A stretch of 64,000 nucleotides of DNA from Chloroflexota bacterium (GTDB taxonomy: Bacteria > Chloroflexota > Dehalococcoidia > Lucifugimonadales > JADFKI01): NCBI GenBank assembly GCA_027623195.1, contig JAQBUT010000005.1, forward strand, positions 64,001 through 128,000, written 5' to 3'. The notes beneath the pieces are model-generated. The model was given only the letters and a program-made list of their open reading frames with translations, did not search any database and was not told the DNA's origin. Of the stretch, positions 27,917 through 37,437 are shown one piece after another. Position 1 is the stretch's first letter, and the number at the start of each line of letters is the position of its first letter. The position numbers were made by a program, and so were the translations under genes.

Positions 27917-29501
27917 ATGAAACAATCGGAAGTTCACTGCGTTGTCCCGGCGGACCCAGACACCCAAGCCATAATAGATCGTTCGAGAAACCGCGTAATT
28001 GGCGGCGAGGCACTGCCCGGCGAGGTGCCAGGTGGCTCGGACATACTCGACAGTCGCAGATTCACCTTAATCTCTAGTCGCCCCGCAAAAACCAGAGCCG
28101 ATACGTTCCTGGCAGGCGCAGCGGATTTCGCACCAATCACCGGCACCAAGAACGTGCTTGTGCTTCTTGTCGATTTTTCGGACTTCCCAGGCACCAGGCC
28201 GCAAAATGACTTTTCGGATCTTCTCTTTTCCAGCGGGACCTATGCCACGGGAAGTATGAGGGACTTTTATCGGGAGGCCTCCTACAACAAGCTCAACGTC
28301 ACGGGCACTGTAAACGGAACCGGCGGAGGCTGGTATCGCGCGCCCCAGCCGAAGAGTTTTAATGCGGACAACAACTACGGCATTCATGGCGCTTATCCAA
28401 AAAACGCCCAGAAATTAGTAGAAGACGTTATCGACCTCGCCATTGCAGACCCAAATGTGAATTTCGCTAACTACAGCAACGGCACCGGCGCCGTGGAGGC
28501 TCTGGTAGTTATCGCCGCAGGCATTGGGGCAGAGCAGACGTTGAACACAGGCGACATCTGGTCTCACAAATGGACAATTTCATCGCCTCGGACCATTGAT
28601 GGTGTACAGGTAAGCAAATACTTCATCGCACCGGAGAACGGGCGCGTGGGGGTGATGGCCCATGAATTGGGTTCATCTGTTAATGGGATGGCCGGACCTT
28701 TACGACACTGACGGGAGCTCTCGCGGCACTGGCAGGTGGGACCTGATGGCCGGTGGAAGCTGGAACGGCAATCCTGCAGGGGACACTCCTGCGCACCCGA
28801 CGGCGTACCTAAAAGCTCGGGCTGGCTGGATAAGTCCACCGACTATCACCAACGCTCAACAGGACGTGACCGTCCTGCCTTACGGCAGCAATGCTCAGGC
28901 CTACAAGCTGCCCGTGGGTAGTTCCAGCAGCAAAGAGTACTTTCTGCTATCCAACCGCCAGAACATAGGGTTCGATGCGGCTATACCGGGACAAGGGCTG
29001 ATTATCGAGCACATTGATGAGAATCAGTCCAACAACAGCGACGAAAACCATTACCTGGTCGATATAGAGCAGGCGGACGGCCAACGAGACCTTAACATCG
29101 CAGCCAATTCCGGGGACGCCAACGACCCCTACCCCATTGCGAGCAACAACGCATTCACAGGAAGTACCAGCCCCAACAGCAATGCATACAGCGGATCGAG
29201 TTCCAACATATCGGTGACCAACATTCAGCGAGCTGGCGCCAACATCACTGCGAGAATTAACGTCGGGGGTGTGGCCGCCAAATCCTGGTACTACAACAAA
29301 ACTGTGCAGGCCACATACGCCACATACGTAACCCAAGTGGCATATGGCAATTTTAGCGGGCTGGGCTGGAGACGCATAGCCCCTGGATCCAGTGACGCAG
29401 TGACCAAACTGTTGGACCTGCTAAACGAGGCATGCGCAAACGGTCGCAAGGTGCACGTGTACGGGGACGGGACCTCCATATACAACGCATATATGGTCTA
29501 G
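27917..29501 (+). pseudogene. M6 (immune inhibitor A-like) metalloprotease with C-terminal ~70-aa domain; one extra base at ~28672
   Basis: VLLVDFSD, SMRDFYREASY, IWSHKW, WDLMAGGSWN, KEYFLLSNRQ. Removing one T restores HELGHLLMGWPDLYD. May be a true lesion or a sequencing error. Confidence 0.88.
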
Positions 29502-29573
29502 TGATTGATCGGCGGACAAAATGAGGGATCGAATCGTAGAGAAATCTGAAAATTACACCAAAAGGAGCAAGTT

Positions 29574-29801
29574 ATGAAGTGGTATACCAACAAGAAAGTG
29601 TTGGCAACGTATGGCAACTCCAGCTCCCAAGTCGCGTATGCGAATATCAGCGATGTAGGGTGGATACGAATAAAAACCGGGGCTACGGATGCTGTGACGA
29701 ATATATTTTCCATGATGAACGCCGCCTGCGCCAACGGCAAACTGGTCCACGTAGGGGCTGATAGCAACAATCAAATAGTTTTGGCCTATTTACTGGCTTA
29801 G
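29574..29801 (+). CDS. 75-aa protein paralogous to the C-terminal domain of the upstream M6 protease
   Basis: RBS AAGGAG. WYTNKKVLATY/WYYNKTVQATY, QVAY/QVAY, GWIRI/GWRRI, DAVT/DAVT, ACANGKLVHV/ACANGRKVHV align. Confidence 0.88.
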   Translation: MKWYTNKKVLATYGNSSSQVAYANISDVGWIRIKTGATDAVTNIFSMMNAACANGKLVHVGADSNNQIVLAYLLA

Positions 29802-29899
29802 GGCAGCCAGAGAGCATTATTAGAGGAACTCTTGTTGCTGCTAATTGATTTATGCACATCTGGCCGCGACGCGCGCGAATTTCTACTGGAGGGCTGATC

Positions 29900-30697
29900 G
29901 TGGACGCACAAGTGATCATAAACATATCTGGAAGCCCTGGGGACCAGGCCGGTTCTGTCGAATCCGAAGCACCCCTAAGCCTCGAACGTTTGGCCGCCAT
30001 GGGCGGAGCCGAGGGTTCCGACGATTTTGCTGCACCCATGGAGTTAGAAAGACTGGCTGGCGCGGCGATGGGAGGAGGCGATTGGTCTGCTCCGTTGGCG
30101 CTGGAGGATTTATCTCAGATGGCCGCCAAAATGGATGAAGGTGAAGGTACCCCGCCCGTGAAACTGGAATCTCTGGCCGCGATGGCCGATGGCCAGGAAA
30201 TCGGGGACGGCCTGGCACCGCCACTAGACCTGCAGGAACTAATCGCTATGACCTCGGGAGTGGCCAATATCAGCGCGGCTGTACCCGCAGAACTATCCGA
30301 ATTAGCCGCGATGGCGTCCGGCACAGCAGGTGATGCCGAAGGAATCCCAATGGAGCTAGAGCAGCTTATCGCTATGACTTCTGGCGGAGCGTAAGCCGAT
30401 ACGGGAATGCCGCTGGAACTGGAGCAGCTTGCCGATATGGCTGTCGCCTACGGAGAAGACGCTGGACTGCTAGCCCACACCGAGCTTCACGAGTTGGAGG
30501 CGATGGCGGCGAACGCTGGTGAAGGCCAGATACCCGAAGACCCTTTGCAACTGGAGGCCCTAGAGGAAATGGCTTCTTCTGAGGAGACCGATGACGGCCA
30601 TGAAGATGATCAATCGCAGGGGGTCGAGGACCACGCCAACGAAGGACTTAATCATCCGCAGTCTAGCTTTATCCTCTATTTAAGGGGTAAACGTTAG
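29900..30697 (+). pseudogene. Acidic repeat protein (~10 PxxLExLxxM units), interrupted by in-frame TAA at 30392-30394
   Basis: GTG after GGAGGG. ORFs 29852-30394 and 30407-30697 share a frame and the repeat register continues across the stop. Confidence 0.72.
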
Positions 30698-30707
30698 AAA
30701 GTGGTAC

Positions 30708-30756
30708 ATACGAGTTCCATCTGCCGAGAAGCCCTCTCGGCAGATGGAACTCGTAT
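30708..30756. repeat. Perfect 22-bp inverted repeat (5-nt loop) after the M6 module
   Basis: ATACGAGTTCCATCTGCCGAGA-AGCCC-TCTCGGCAGATGGAACTCGTAT. Confidence 0.9.
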
Positions 30757-30856
30757 TAATGACAGATTCATTTCCCCGCCCAACCGCCGAGTTCTCAAGC
30801 GTCCGACAGCCTTCGACGGACCGACCATCTTATAGTTCTGGACAGGGGGTGCCGTA

Positions 30857-31323
30857 TTGCTGGCACGTGCCATTCTATATATCATTGCATCGACAGTTGC
30901 GGCTGGTTGCTCTGCGAATGCATTGCCATCACCCGGTATATCTCCCTAACTTCGACGCCGTTTGTTGAAGAACCAGTTGAAGAACCAAAGGTTGAAATCT
31001 CCAAAGGACCTACGATGGAAATAATCGGAGTGGTGGTTAGCGGCGGTGACGTAAGCCCAACGGGAATTTCCGATGGCCCGCACAGATTTCAATATGATGT
31101 GCGACTACAGGATGGCTCTGTCGTAAAGCTGGCCTACACTGCCTTCCCACCATCGCCTGCCGGAGACATTGAGAACGCAAAGATAATGCTGAATTTCCAT
31201 GAGGGCGTCATTAAGCCGGGACATCATGTGCAGGCACAGGGGACCTACAATCCCGATTCCAACACACTGACTGTCAAAGACGAAGGCAACTTCATTGAGA
31301 CCTCCTCAGATGCACCTGGATGA
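30857..31323 (+). pseudogene. Putative lipoprotein with small beta-barrel-like domain, frameshifted near 30945
   Basis: TTG-started LLARAILYIIASTVAAGC (lipobox-like) stops at 30947-30949; the body continues in ORF 30907-31323. Confidence 0.5.
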
Positions 31324-31349
31324 AACGACGGGTGTTCCCAGCCAGCCAA

Positions 31350-31751
31350 CTACCTGACGAAGTACGGCATTAACCAGCCGAAAAGACCTATAAAGGTAAT
31401 GGTGAGGGCCACCACGCCCCATATGGCCCGGCGTAGCAGAAACATAATCGGCGCGGCCATCATCAAAGATGCGACGACGACAGCAACCGTGAATACCATA
31501 TTGGGACTGCCTAGGCCTCCTCCGGGGGCCTCCCGTGCGCTGATGAAGTACAGAAGCGCTAACAGGGCTCCCAGTCCGGACCAGGTGGGATAGGCCAGGG
31601 CCACAATTGCCATTGCCAATCTCGCAGGAGGAATCTTTTCGAAGAAGGGCTCCATGGCCGGTGTGCGGTTCTTGTACAAGGAGAACAGTATTAGCTCGCC
31701 CACGGTAATGAATACAGAGGCCATCAACATGCCTATCATGGCGCCGGACAT
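31350..31751 (-). CDS. Hypothetical membrane protein (~4 TM)
   Basis: Four hydrophobic stretches; follows ispE on the same strand. Confidence 0.7.
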   Translation of the reverse strand: MSGAMIGMLMASVFITVGELILFSLYKNRTPAMEPFFEKIPPARLAMAIVALAYPTWSGLGALLALLYFISAREAPGGGLGSPNMVFTVAVVVASLMMAAPIMFLLRRAIWGVVALTITFIGLFGWLMPYFVR

Positions 31752-31759
31752 TATCAGGT

Positions 31760-32674
31760 CTAGGATTGCCCGGTCTCGCTTGCAGTGTCTCTAGCGCCCA
31801 CCAGCGACACCAGTTTGGCGTTCCACCCGTGCCGATGCTGCAACAGAAGCTGCACGGCAGAACCTATCTCCCTCTTAGAAACCGGCGCGTAAATAGTAGG
31901 CCCACTTCCAGACAGATGAATCTCCCTTGAGCCCAGAGCATGCATGGTATTCCAGTAAACGTCCAGGCCCGGAAACGCCTCAAAGGCCACGCCGTCGAAG
32001 GCGTTGAAAAGGAACTGCGGTGGCACGTCTCCACCACCCCGTATGCGGGCCTCCAGCTTGCGGGTTAGCGCGCCTCTGGTGTAGTTCGCCTCGGTGAGAC
32101 TTCGGTACAGGGTGGCCGTCTTGTCTTCCAGGCGAATGTCCGGCGAAAGCACAACCAGCCACTCCAGGTCGGCGGGCGGCAGGGAGCGAATACGTTCGCC
32201 TCGACCGAGGGCAATGGCCGTACCGCCGCTCAGCAGGAACGGCACGTCGGAGCCCAGCTCGGCAGCGATCTCTGACAACTCCTCATGTGAGAGCCCCACG
32301 TCCCACATCTGGTTCAGCCCTATCAGCGTAGTTGCAGCGTCACTGCTTCCGCCACCCATGCCAGCCGCTAGTGGTATGCCCTTGTGGATCTTTATGTGTG
32401 CCCCACAAGTTGTCCCCGTCTTGTCCTTGAGCAGGTGGGCGGCCTTGAAAGCCAGGTTATCCTCCGCGGCCAACTCTGCTACGTCGCACTCCAAGGTGAT
32501 TTCGTTTGATGGCTCCAGCGTCACCGTGTCGTATAGATCGATGGTCTGCATTATGGAGGCGACGTCGTGGTAGCCGTCATCGCGGCGTCCCAGGACCTCC
32601 AGGGTGAGATTTATCTTGGCGTAGGCCTTTAAGGTTTTTACAGGTTGTTCAGAAATGGTGCTCACAGATTCCAT
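31760..32674 (-). CDS. ispE: 4-diphosphocytidyl-2-C-methyl-D-erythritol kinase
   Basis: AKINLTL, GYHD, KGIPLAAGMGGGSSDAA, LGSDVPF, LSGSGPT. Confidence 0.96.
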   Translation of the reverse strand: MESVSTISEQPVKTLKAYAKINLTLEVLGRRDDGYHDVASIMQTIDLYDTVTLEPSNEITLECDVAELAAEDNLAFKAAHLLKDKTGTTCGAHIKIHKGIPLAAGMGGGSSDAATTLIGLNQMWDVGLSHEELSEIAAELGSDVPFLLSGGTAIALGRGERIRSLPPADLEWLVVLSPDIRLEDKTATLYRSLTEANYTRGALTRKLEARIRGGGDVPPQFLFNAFDGVAFEAFPGLDVYWNTMHALGSREIHLSGSGPTIYAPVSKREIGSAVQLLLQHRHGWNAKLVSLVGARDTASETGQS

Positions 32675-32770
32675 TTTAGCCGAATTGTGCGGTCGGAGCA
32701 GAAAAGCCTTTGAGATATGGAGGGGCGACTTAAATCCTAGCCTTCCCAATTCGCCGGAGAAGGGGCAGAT

Positions 32771-33601
32771 TTAGTTAGAAGCTGCGAGATGCTGGCAATA
32801 CTCGTCATACAAAAGGCCCCAATCATTCAGGCTAAGCGTCTGGGGACGGCGCTTGGGGTCGATGCCTGCCTTGTCTAGCATCTGCTCCGCAACAGGCCTG
32901 GAGAGGTCCAACCCATGTTGCAAGCAGTTGTGCACCTGCTTCCGAGGCGCTGAGAAGCCGGCACGCACCAGCGTAAAAAAGCCTTCAATAGAATCCAAAG
33001 CCAAAGCGGGCTGCTCGTAGACGTCGATGCGGACGATGGCGGAAGTAACCTTGGGCGCTGGACGGAAGGCCCTTGGCTGCACGCTGGCCATGATACGCGG
33101 GTTGCCGTAAAGCTGGGTGGCCACCGAGAGAAGACTCATATCGCCGGGAGCAGCGATCATATTGCGGGCGACCTCTCGCTGGACCATGAAAACCATCAGA
33201 GAGGGCTTGCGCTCGGCCTCCAGGAACCGCCGCACGATGGGCAGCGCGGCGTAGTACGGCAGGTTCGCTACGAGCTTGTACGCGCTCCCGGGCCTGGCGA
33301 GGCTACCGATGTCCACTTCCCTCGCGTCGGCGTGAAGGATTTTTACATGATGCTGGCCAGCGAATTCCACTGCAAGGGCTTCCGAAAGATCGTCGTCCAA
33401 CTCAACGGCCACTACCTCTGCGGCAGTTTTGGCCAACTCGCGAGTCAAGATTCCCCGGCCTGGGCCAATCTCGACCACGACATCCTCCGACATAATCTCG
33501 GCGGCGTTTATGATTCGTCCAAGCACACGCCTGTCAACCAGGAAGTTCTGGCCTAGAGATTTCTTGGGGCGGGACTGGTGAGTTTGAGAGGAGATGAGCA
33601 A
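32771..33601 (-). CDS. rsmA: 16S rRNA m6,2A1518/1519 dimethyltransferase
   Basis: KKSLGQNFL, EIGPGRGILT, VANLPY, MVQREVA, FRPAPKVTS; start codon uncertain. Confidence 0.95.
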   Translation of the reverse strand: MLISSQTHQSRPKKSLGQNFLVDRRVLGRIINAAEIMSEDVVVEIGPGRGILTRELAKTAAEVVAVELDDDLSEALAVEFAGQHHVKILHADAREVDIGSLARPGSAYKLVANLPYYAALPIVRRFLEAERKPSLMVFMVQREVARNMIAAPGDMSLLSVATQLYGNPRIMASVQPRAFRPAPKVTSAIVRIDVYEQPALALDSIEGFFTLVRAGFSAPRKQVHNCLQHGLDLSRPVAEQMLDKAGIDPKRRPQTLSLNDWGLLYDEYCQHLAASN

Positions 33602-33617
33602 CGCTCCGATAGGGATT

Positions 33618-33656
33618 CCCCCCCACCCTAGCCTTCCCCCGTCGAGGGGGAAGGGA
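33618..33656. repeat. REP-like palindromic element
   Basis: CCCCCCCACCCTAGCCTTCCCCC-GTCGA-GGGGGAAGGGA; a degenerate copy (CCTAGCCTTCCC...GAGAAGGGG) lies at ~32736-32765. Confidence 0.5.
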
Positions 33657-33726
33657 TTCTTAGCATTGCAGCTATGGGGTATGGCAATGATAGAACAGGG
33701 CTTGGGCAGGAGCATTTAACGAAGGA

Positions 33727-33998
33727 AAGGCCGTGCACCCCCGTTCGTTCGCTGCCTTTGGCATATCAGGTGAAACCGACTCGAGTCAGGCGAACCTACG
33801 GCACCCGGAATATGCCACTTACCGCTGCTTCCTTCCGGATCTGACGGGATTCGCGGCCAACCGCCGCGCAGGACCCAACTCTCAACACCGGGATCCACCG
33901 ACAGAGACCCCAGGCAAACGCCCTCTCGGAGGAGTTCAGTCTCGCTAGAGCGGATTGCGAGTACAGGGCACCGCTATCTCCCCACCTAGCACGACCTT
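33727..33998 (-). ncRNA. ffs: Signal recognition particle RNA, large (Alu-containing) bacterial type
   Basis: 5' GTCGTGCTAGGTGGGGAGATAGCGGTGCCCTGTA (Alu domain); helix 8 GTCAGATCCGGAAGGAAGCAGC; complementary termini; ~270 nt. Confidence 0.95.
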
Positions 33999-34100
33999 GT
34001 TTAATGTTAGATGAGGTGTTGTGGAGTGTCAACGACGCACTAGTTATTAGTTCTCGGTTTTAAGTTATTAGTTCCAGCCCCCAAAACCATCAACTAATAA

Positions 34101-35924
34101 CTAACGACTAACCTTCAATATGCTAAGGAAGGCCTCTTGGGGGATTTCGACGCTGCCGACCCGCTTCATGCGCTTCTTGCCCTCGGCCTGCTTTTGCAGC
34201 AGCTTGCGCTTGCGGGTGACGTCGCCGCCGTAACACTTGGCCAGAACGTCCTTGCGCAGCGCGCGAATGGTCTCGCGTGAGATGATATTACGGCCTATGG
34301 CAGCTTGCAAAGGCACCTCGAATAGCTGCCTGGGTATCAACTCTTTCAGCTTGGCGACAAGCTCGCGGCCCTGGTGGTAGGCGTTGTCTCGGTGCACGAT
34401 GATTGAAAGGGCGTCCACCAACTCGCCATTGACCAGAATATCCACCCTGGACAGTTTGCCAACTTTGTATCCGGAAAGCGAATAGTCCATGGACGCGTAA
34501 CCTTGAGTCCGGGCCTTTAGCTGGTCGAAGAAATCCATCAGCACTTCGGACAGCGGCACGTTGAACTCCATAAGTACCCTGGGCGAGGCCGTTCCGGCGT
34601 TGGACTCGTTCTGCAGGTATTCCATTCTTTTGTGCTCACCGCGACGCGCCCGCACTAGCTCTATGACAGGGCCAATATAATTGGCTGGCGCGATAATGCT
34701 CAGGTCCAGCCACGGCTCCTCAATAGCCTCGATGTAGGAGGTATCCGGCAGCTTGGCCGGGCTATCTATCTCCTCCATGTGGCCATCGGTGAAAATGACG
34801 TTGTAGGCTACGCTAGGCGAGGTTGCCAGAAGTGTAAGGTCGTATTCGCGCTCGAGCCGCTCTTGAACGATGTCCATGTGGAGCAGCCCCAAGAATCCGC
34901 AGCGGAATCCAGAGCCCAGCGCCGTGGAGTTCTCCGGCTGGTAGGTTAGGGCCGCGTCGTTAAGCTGAAGCTTCTCCAAGGCCACGCGAAGGTCCAGGTA
35001 CTCCTCACCGTCGGCCGGGTAAAGCCCCGCGAAAACCATGGGCTTAAGAGGCTGGTAACCCTTCAATGGCACCGTCGCGCCATAGTTGGCCAGCGTGATG
35101 GTGTCTCCAACAGGCGCATCACCAACGCTCTTGAACCCGGTAGCGATGTAGCCGACCTCGCCCGCACTCAACTTTTTGACACTGGTGGGCTTGGGCTTGA
35201 AAACGCCCACCTCCAGGACGTCGCTCTGCTTGCCGCTGGACATGACGCTAACGCGGCTGCCGGACGGCACCTGGCCATCCATAACCCGCACATATGCGAT
35301 AACGCCCTTGTAAGTGTCGTACTTGGAGTCGAATATCATTGCCCTTAGCGGGTCCGCATCCGAACCCTTTGGCGGCGGGACACGCGCCACAATAGCCTCA
35401 AGGATGTCCTTTACGCCGACGCCAGACTTACCAGACGCGAAAACCACCTCGTCGTCCTTAAAACCAAATGCCTGCGTAACTTCGTTGGCCACGCGCTCCG
35501 GCTCGGCTACGTCCAGGTCGATCTTGTTGATGACCGGGATGATCTCCAGATCGTGCTCCAGCGCCAGGTAGACGTTTGCCAGCGTCTGCGCCTGGATTCC
35601 CTGCGTGGCGTCCACAATCAGCAGCGCGCCCTCGCAGGCGGCCAGACTCCTGGAGACCTCGTAAGAGAAGTCCACGTGGCCGGGAGTGTCGATGAGGTTG
35701 AGCTGGTACTCCTGCCCGGATTCGCTTTTGTAACTCAGGCGCACGGCCTGGGATTTGATGGTTATGCCGCGCTCACGCTCAAGGTCCATGCTGTCCAGGA
35801 CCTGTTCGACCATCTCCCGCTCCTCAACGGCGCCCGTGAATTGCAGCAGGCGATCGGCGAGGGTCGATTTGCCGTGGTCGATGTGCGCGATTATGCAGAA
35901 GTTACGAGTGAATTTAGAATCCAT
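34101..35924 (-). CDS. lepA: Elongation factor 4
   Basis: [50 protein letters not shown]. Confidence 0.98.
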   Translation of the reverse strand: MDSKFTRNFCIIAHIDHGKSTLADRLLQFTGAVEEREMVEQVLDSMDLERERGITIKSQAVRLSYKSESGQEYQLNLIDTPGHVDFSYEVSRSLAACEGALLIVDATQGIQAQTLANVYLALEHDLEIIPVINKIDLDVAEPERVANEVTQAFGFKDDEVVFASGKSGVGVKDILEAIVARVPPPKGSDADPLRAMIFDSKYDTYKGVIAYVRVMDGQVPSGSRVSVMSSGKQSDVLEVGVFKPKPTSVKKLSAGEVGYIATGFKSVGDAPVGDTITLANYGATVPLKGYQPLKPMVFAGLYPADGEEYLDLRVALEKLQLNDAALTYQPENSTALGSGFRCGFLGLLHMDIVQERLEREYDLTLLATSPSVAYNVIFTDGHMEEIDSPAKLPDTSYIEAIEEPWLDLSIIAPANYIGPVIELVRARRGEHKRMEYLQNESNAGTASPRVLMEFNVPLSEVLMDFFDQLKARTQGYASMDYSLSGYKVGKLSRVDILVNGELVDALSIIVHRDNAYHQGRELVAKLKELIPRQLFEVPLQAAIGRNIISRETIRALRKDVLAKCYGGDVTRKRKLLQKQAEGKKRMKRVGSVEIPQEAFLSILKVSR

Positions 35925-36132
35925 GTAACCATGGTAACACCGGTAGGCAGAGGTGGTCTATGACATTTTAGATAAGGACTTTACATCCCAACGCCCCTTG
36001 ATCGTTTTAGGATTCCACCAGAGGCAAAGCCGCACTTATTTGATACGATGAAACAATGGGCGATTTCCTTCCGTTTGTTACGACGGCATTGTGGTCCTCG
36101 CATCCGCCAATCAAGCACCAAAGGAGCCTTCG

Positions 36133-37437
36133 ATGAAATCCGCTTTCGCAGCAGCCGCACTGTTATTTTTAGCACTGGCTTGCGGCGTTCCGCAGGAGCA
36201 GTTCGACGCCGTGGCGAGCGATTTGCAGACAACGAAGGCCGACCTGGTTTCCGCACAAGAGCGAATTTCGGAGCTTCAGAATGCATCAACGGTGACCACC
36301 AGCGTGGTTCTGGCGTTGGAGCGGGATGTTGCCGAACTGCAAATCGAATTGGGGAAGAGCGATTCCTTCCTCAGCGAGGCGAACGCCGATCTTGAAAACG
36401 TCTCCGACGAGTTAGCCCGGAAGGAGTTGACGATAGCGACCCTGTCCAGCGACTTGGAAACCCGAGGCGACGTTATCGAAGGTCTCCAGCAAGAGGTAGC
36501 CGACCTCCAAGACGTAGCAACAAAGAGCGCAATCGCCATCTTGGCCCTGAACGAAACCCTCGCCAATAAGGAGGCAGCCTTCCAGGACAGCCTGCAGGAG
36601 GCGGTGGACCTGGGCGTTGAATTGACGCTGGCGAATGCGAAGAATGCGGACCTCCAGAGGCAGATCGTGGCGCTGCAGGCCAAAGTTGACGATGGCTCGT
36701 CGGAGGCCATTCAGGCGGATATCAAGGAACTCAAAAGCCAACGAGACGCCCTTGCTGCCAAGGTAAGCCTGCTGGCCACGCTGGTGGAGCAATACACCTC
36801 AGACCCCGACGTGGAGACCACTTCCTCAGGGCTTGCCTGCACCGGAAGCATGCTGCCCCTGCTGCACTGCGGCGACATAGTGATAATGCAGACCAACCTG
36901 AAGCACCGCGACATCCAGGAAGGCGACATCATCAGCTTCAGGCGCCGGGACTGCACCACGGGGCGCTCCGTGACGGACAGCATCACGCTGCACCGCGTTG
37001 TGGATATAGACGCCGGGTGGTTCGTGACCCGGGGTGACAACAACTACACCGTGGATAGCTGCCGATTGCCGCTTATCAACGTCACGGGCAAGCTGCTCTC
37101 CTACATTGAAGACATCTACCCCGAGCATTACATGGAGACCGCCAGCTACGAGGCCATCAAGACCCAGTACAACGACATGCAAGGGCGGTTCGACAGGGAC
37201 CTGGCGGCGTTCCAAGAGCAGCAGGACCTCCTAGACGATGCCGAAAACGACTACAAAGATGGCTATATCAGCTATTCCCGGTACGTCCAAATTTGGGAGG
37301 ACACTGAGGACGACCGCCTGGCCCTGTTAGAGATGATAGGCGAACTGAACGATGTAGAGGATACTTTCTTCGCCCTGCAGGACTTGATTATCGAGGGCAA
37401 CTACAATGACGCTGACTGGTCGCAACTGGTTAACTAG
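36133..37437 (+). CDS. Coiled-coil lipoprotein with internal S26 (SipW/S26B-like) peptidase domain
   Basis: RBS AAGGAG, lipobox LALAC, ~200 aa heptad region, then TGSMLPLLHCGD...ISF...LHRVV...TRGDNN..VD. Confidence 0.8.
   Translation: MKSAFAAAALLFLALACGVPQEQFDAVASDLQTTKADLVSAQERISELQNASTVTTSVVLALERDVAELQIELGKSDSFLSEANADLENVSDELARKELTIATLSSDLETRGDVIEGLQQEVADLQDVATKSAIAILALNETLANKEAAFQDSLQEAVDLGVELTLANAKNADLQRQIVALQAKVDDGSSEAIQADIKELKSQRDALAAKVSLLATLVEQYTSDPDVETTSSGLACTGSMLPLLHCGDIVIMQTNLKHRDIQEGDIISFRRRDCTTGRSVTDSITLHRVVDIDAGWFVTRGDNNYTVDSCRLPLINVTGKLLSYIEDIYPEHYMETASYEAIKTQYNDMQGRFDRDLAAFQEQQDLLDDAENDYKDGYISYSRYVQIWEDTEDDRLALLEMIGELNDVEDTFFALQDLIIEGNYNDADWSQLVN

Noticed and set aside
32771..33715. 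N-terminal extension of RsmA in the ORF track
   Set aside because: It runs through a palindromic repeat; RsmA similarity starts near KKSLGQNF.
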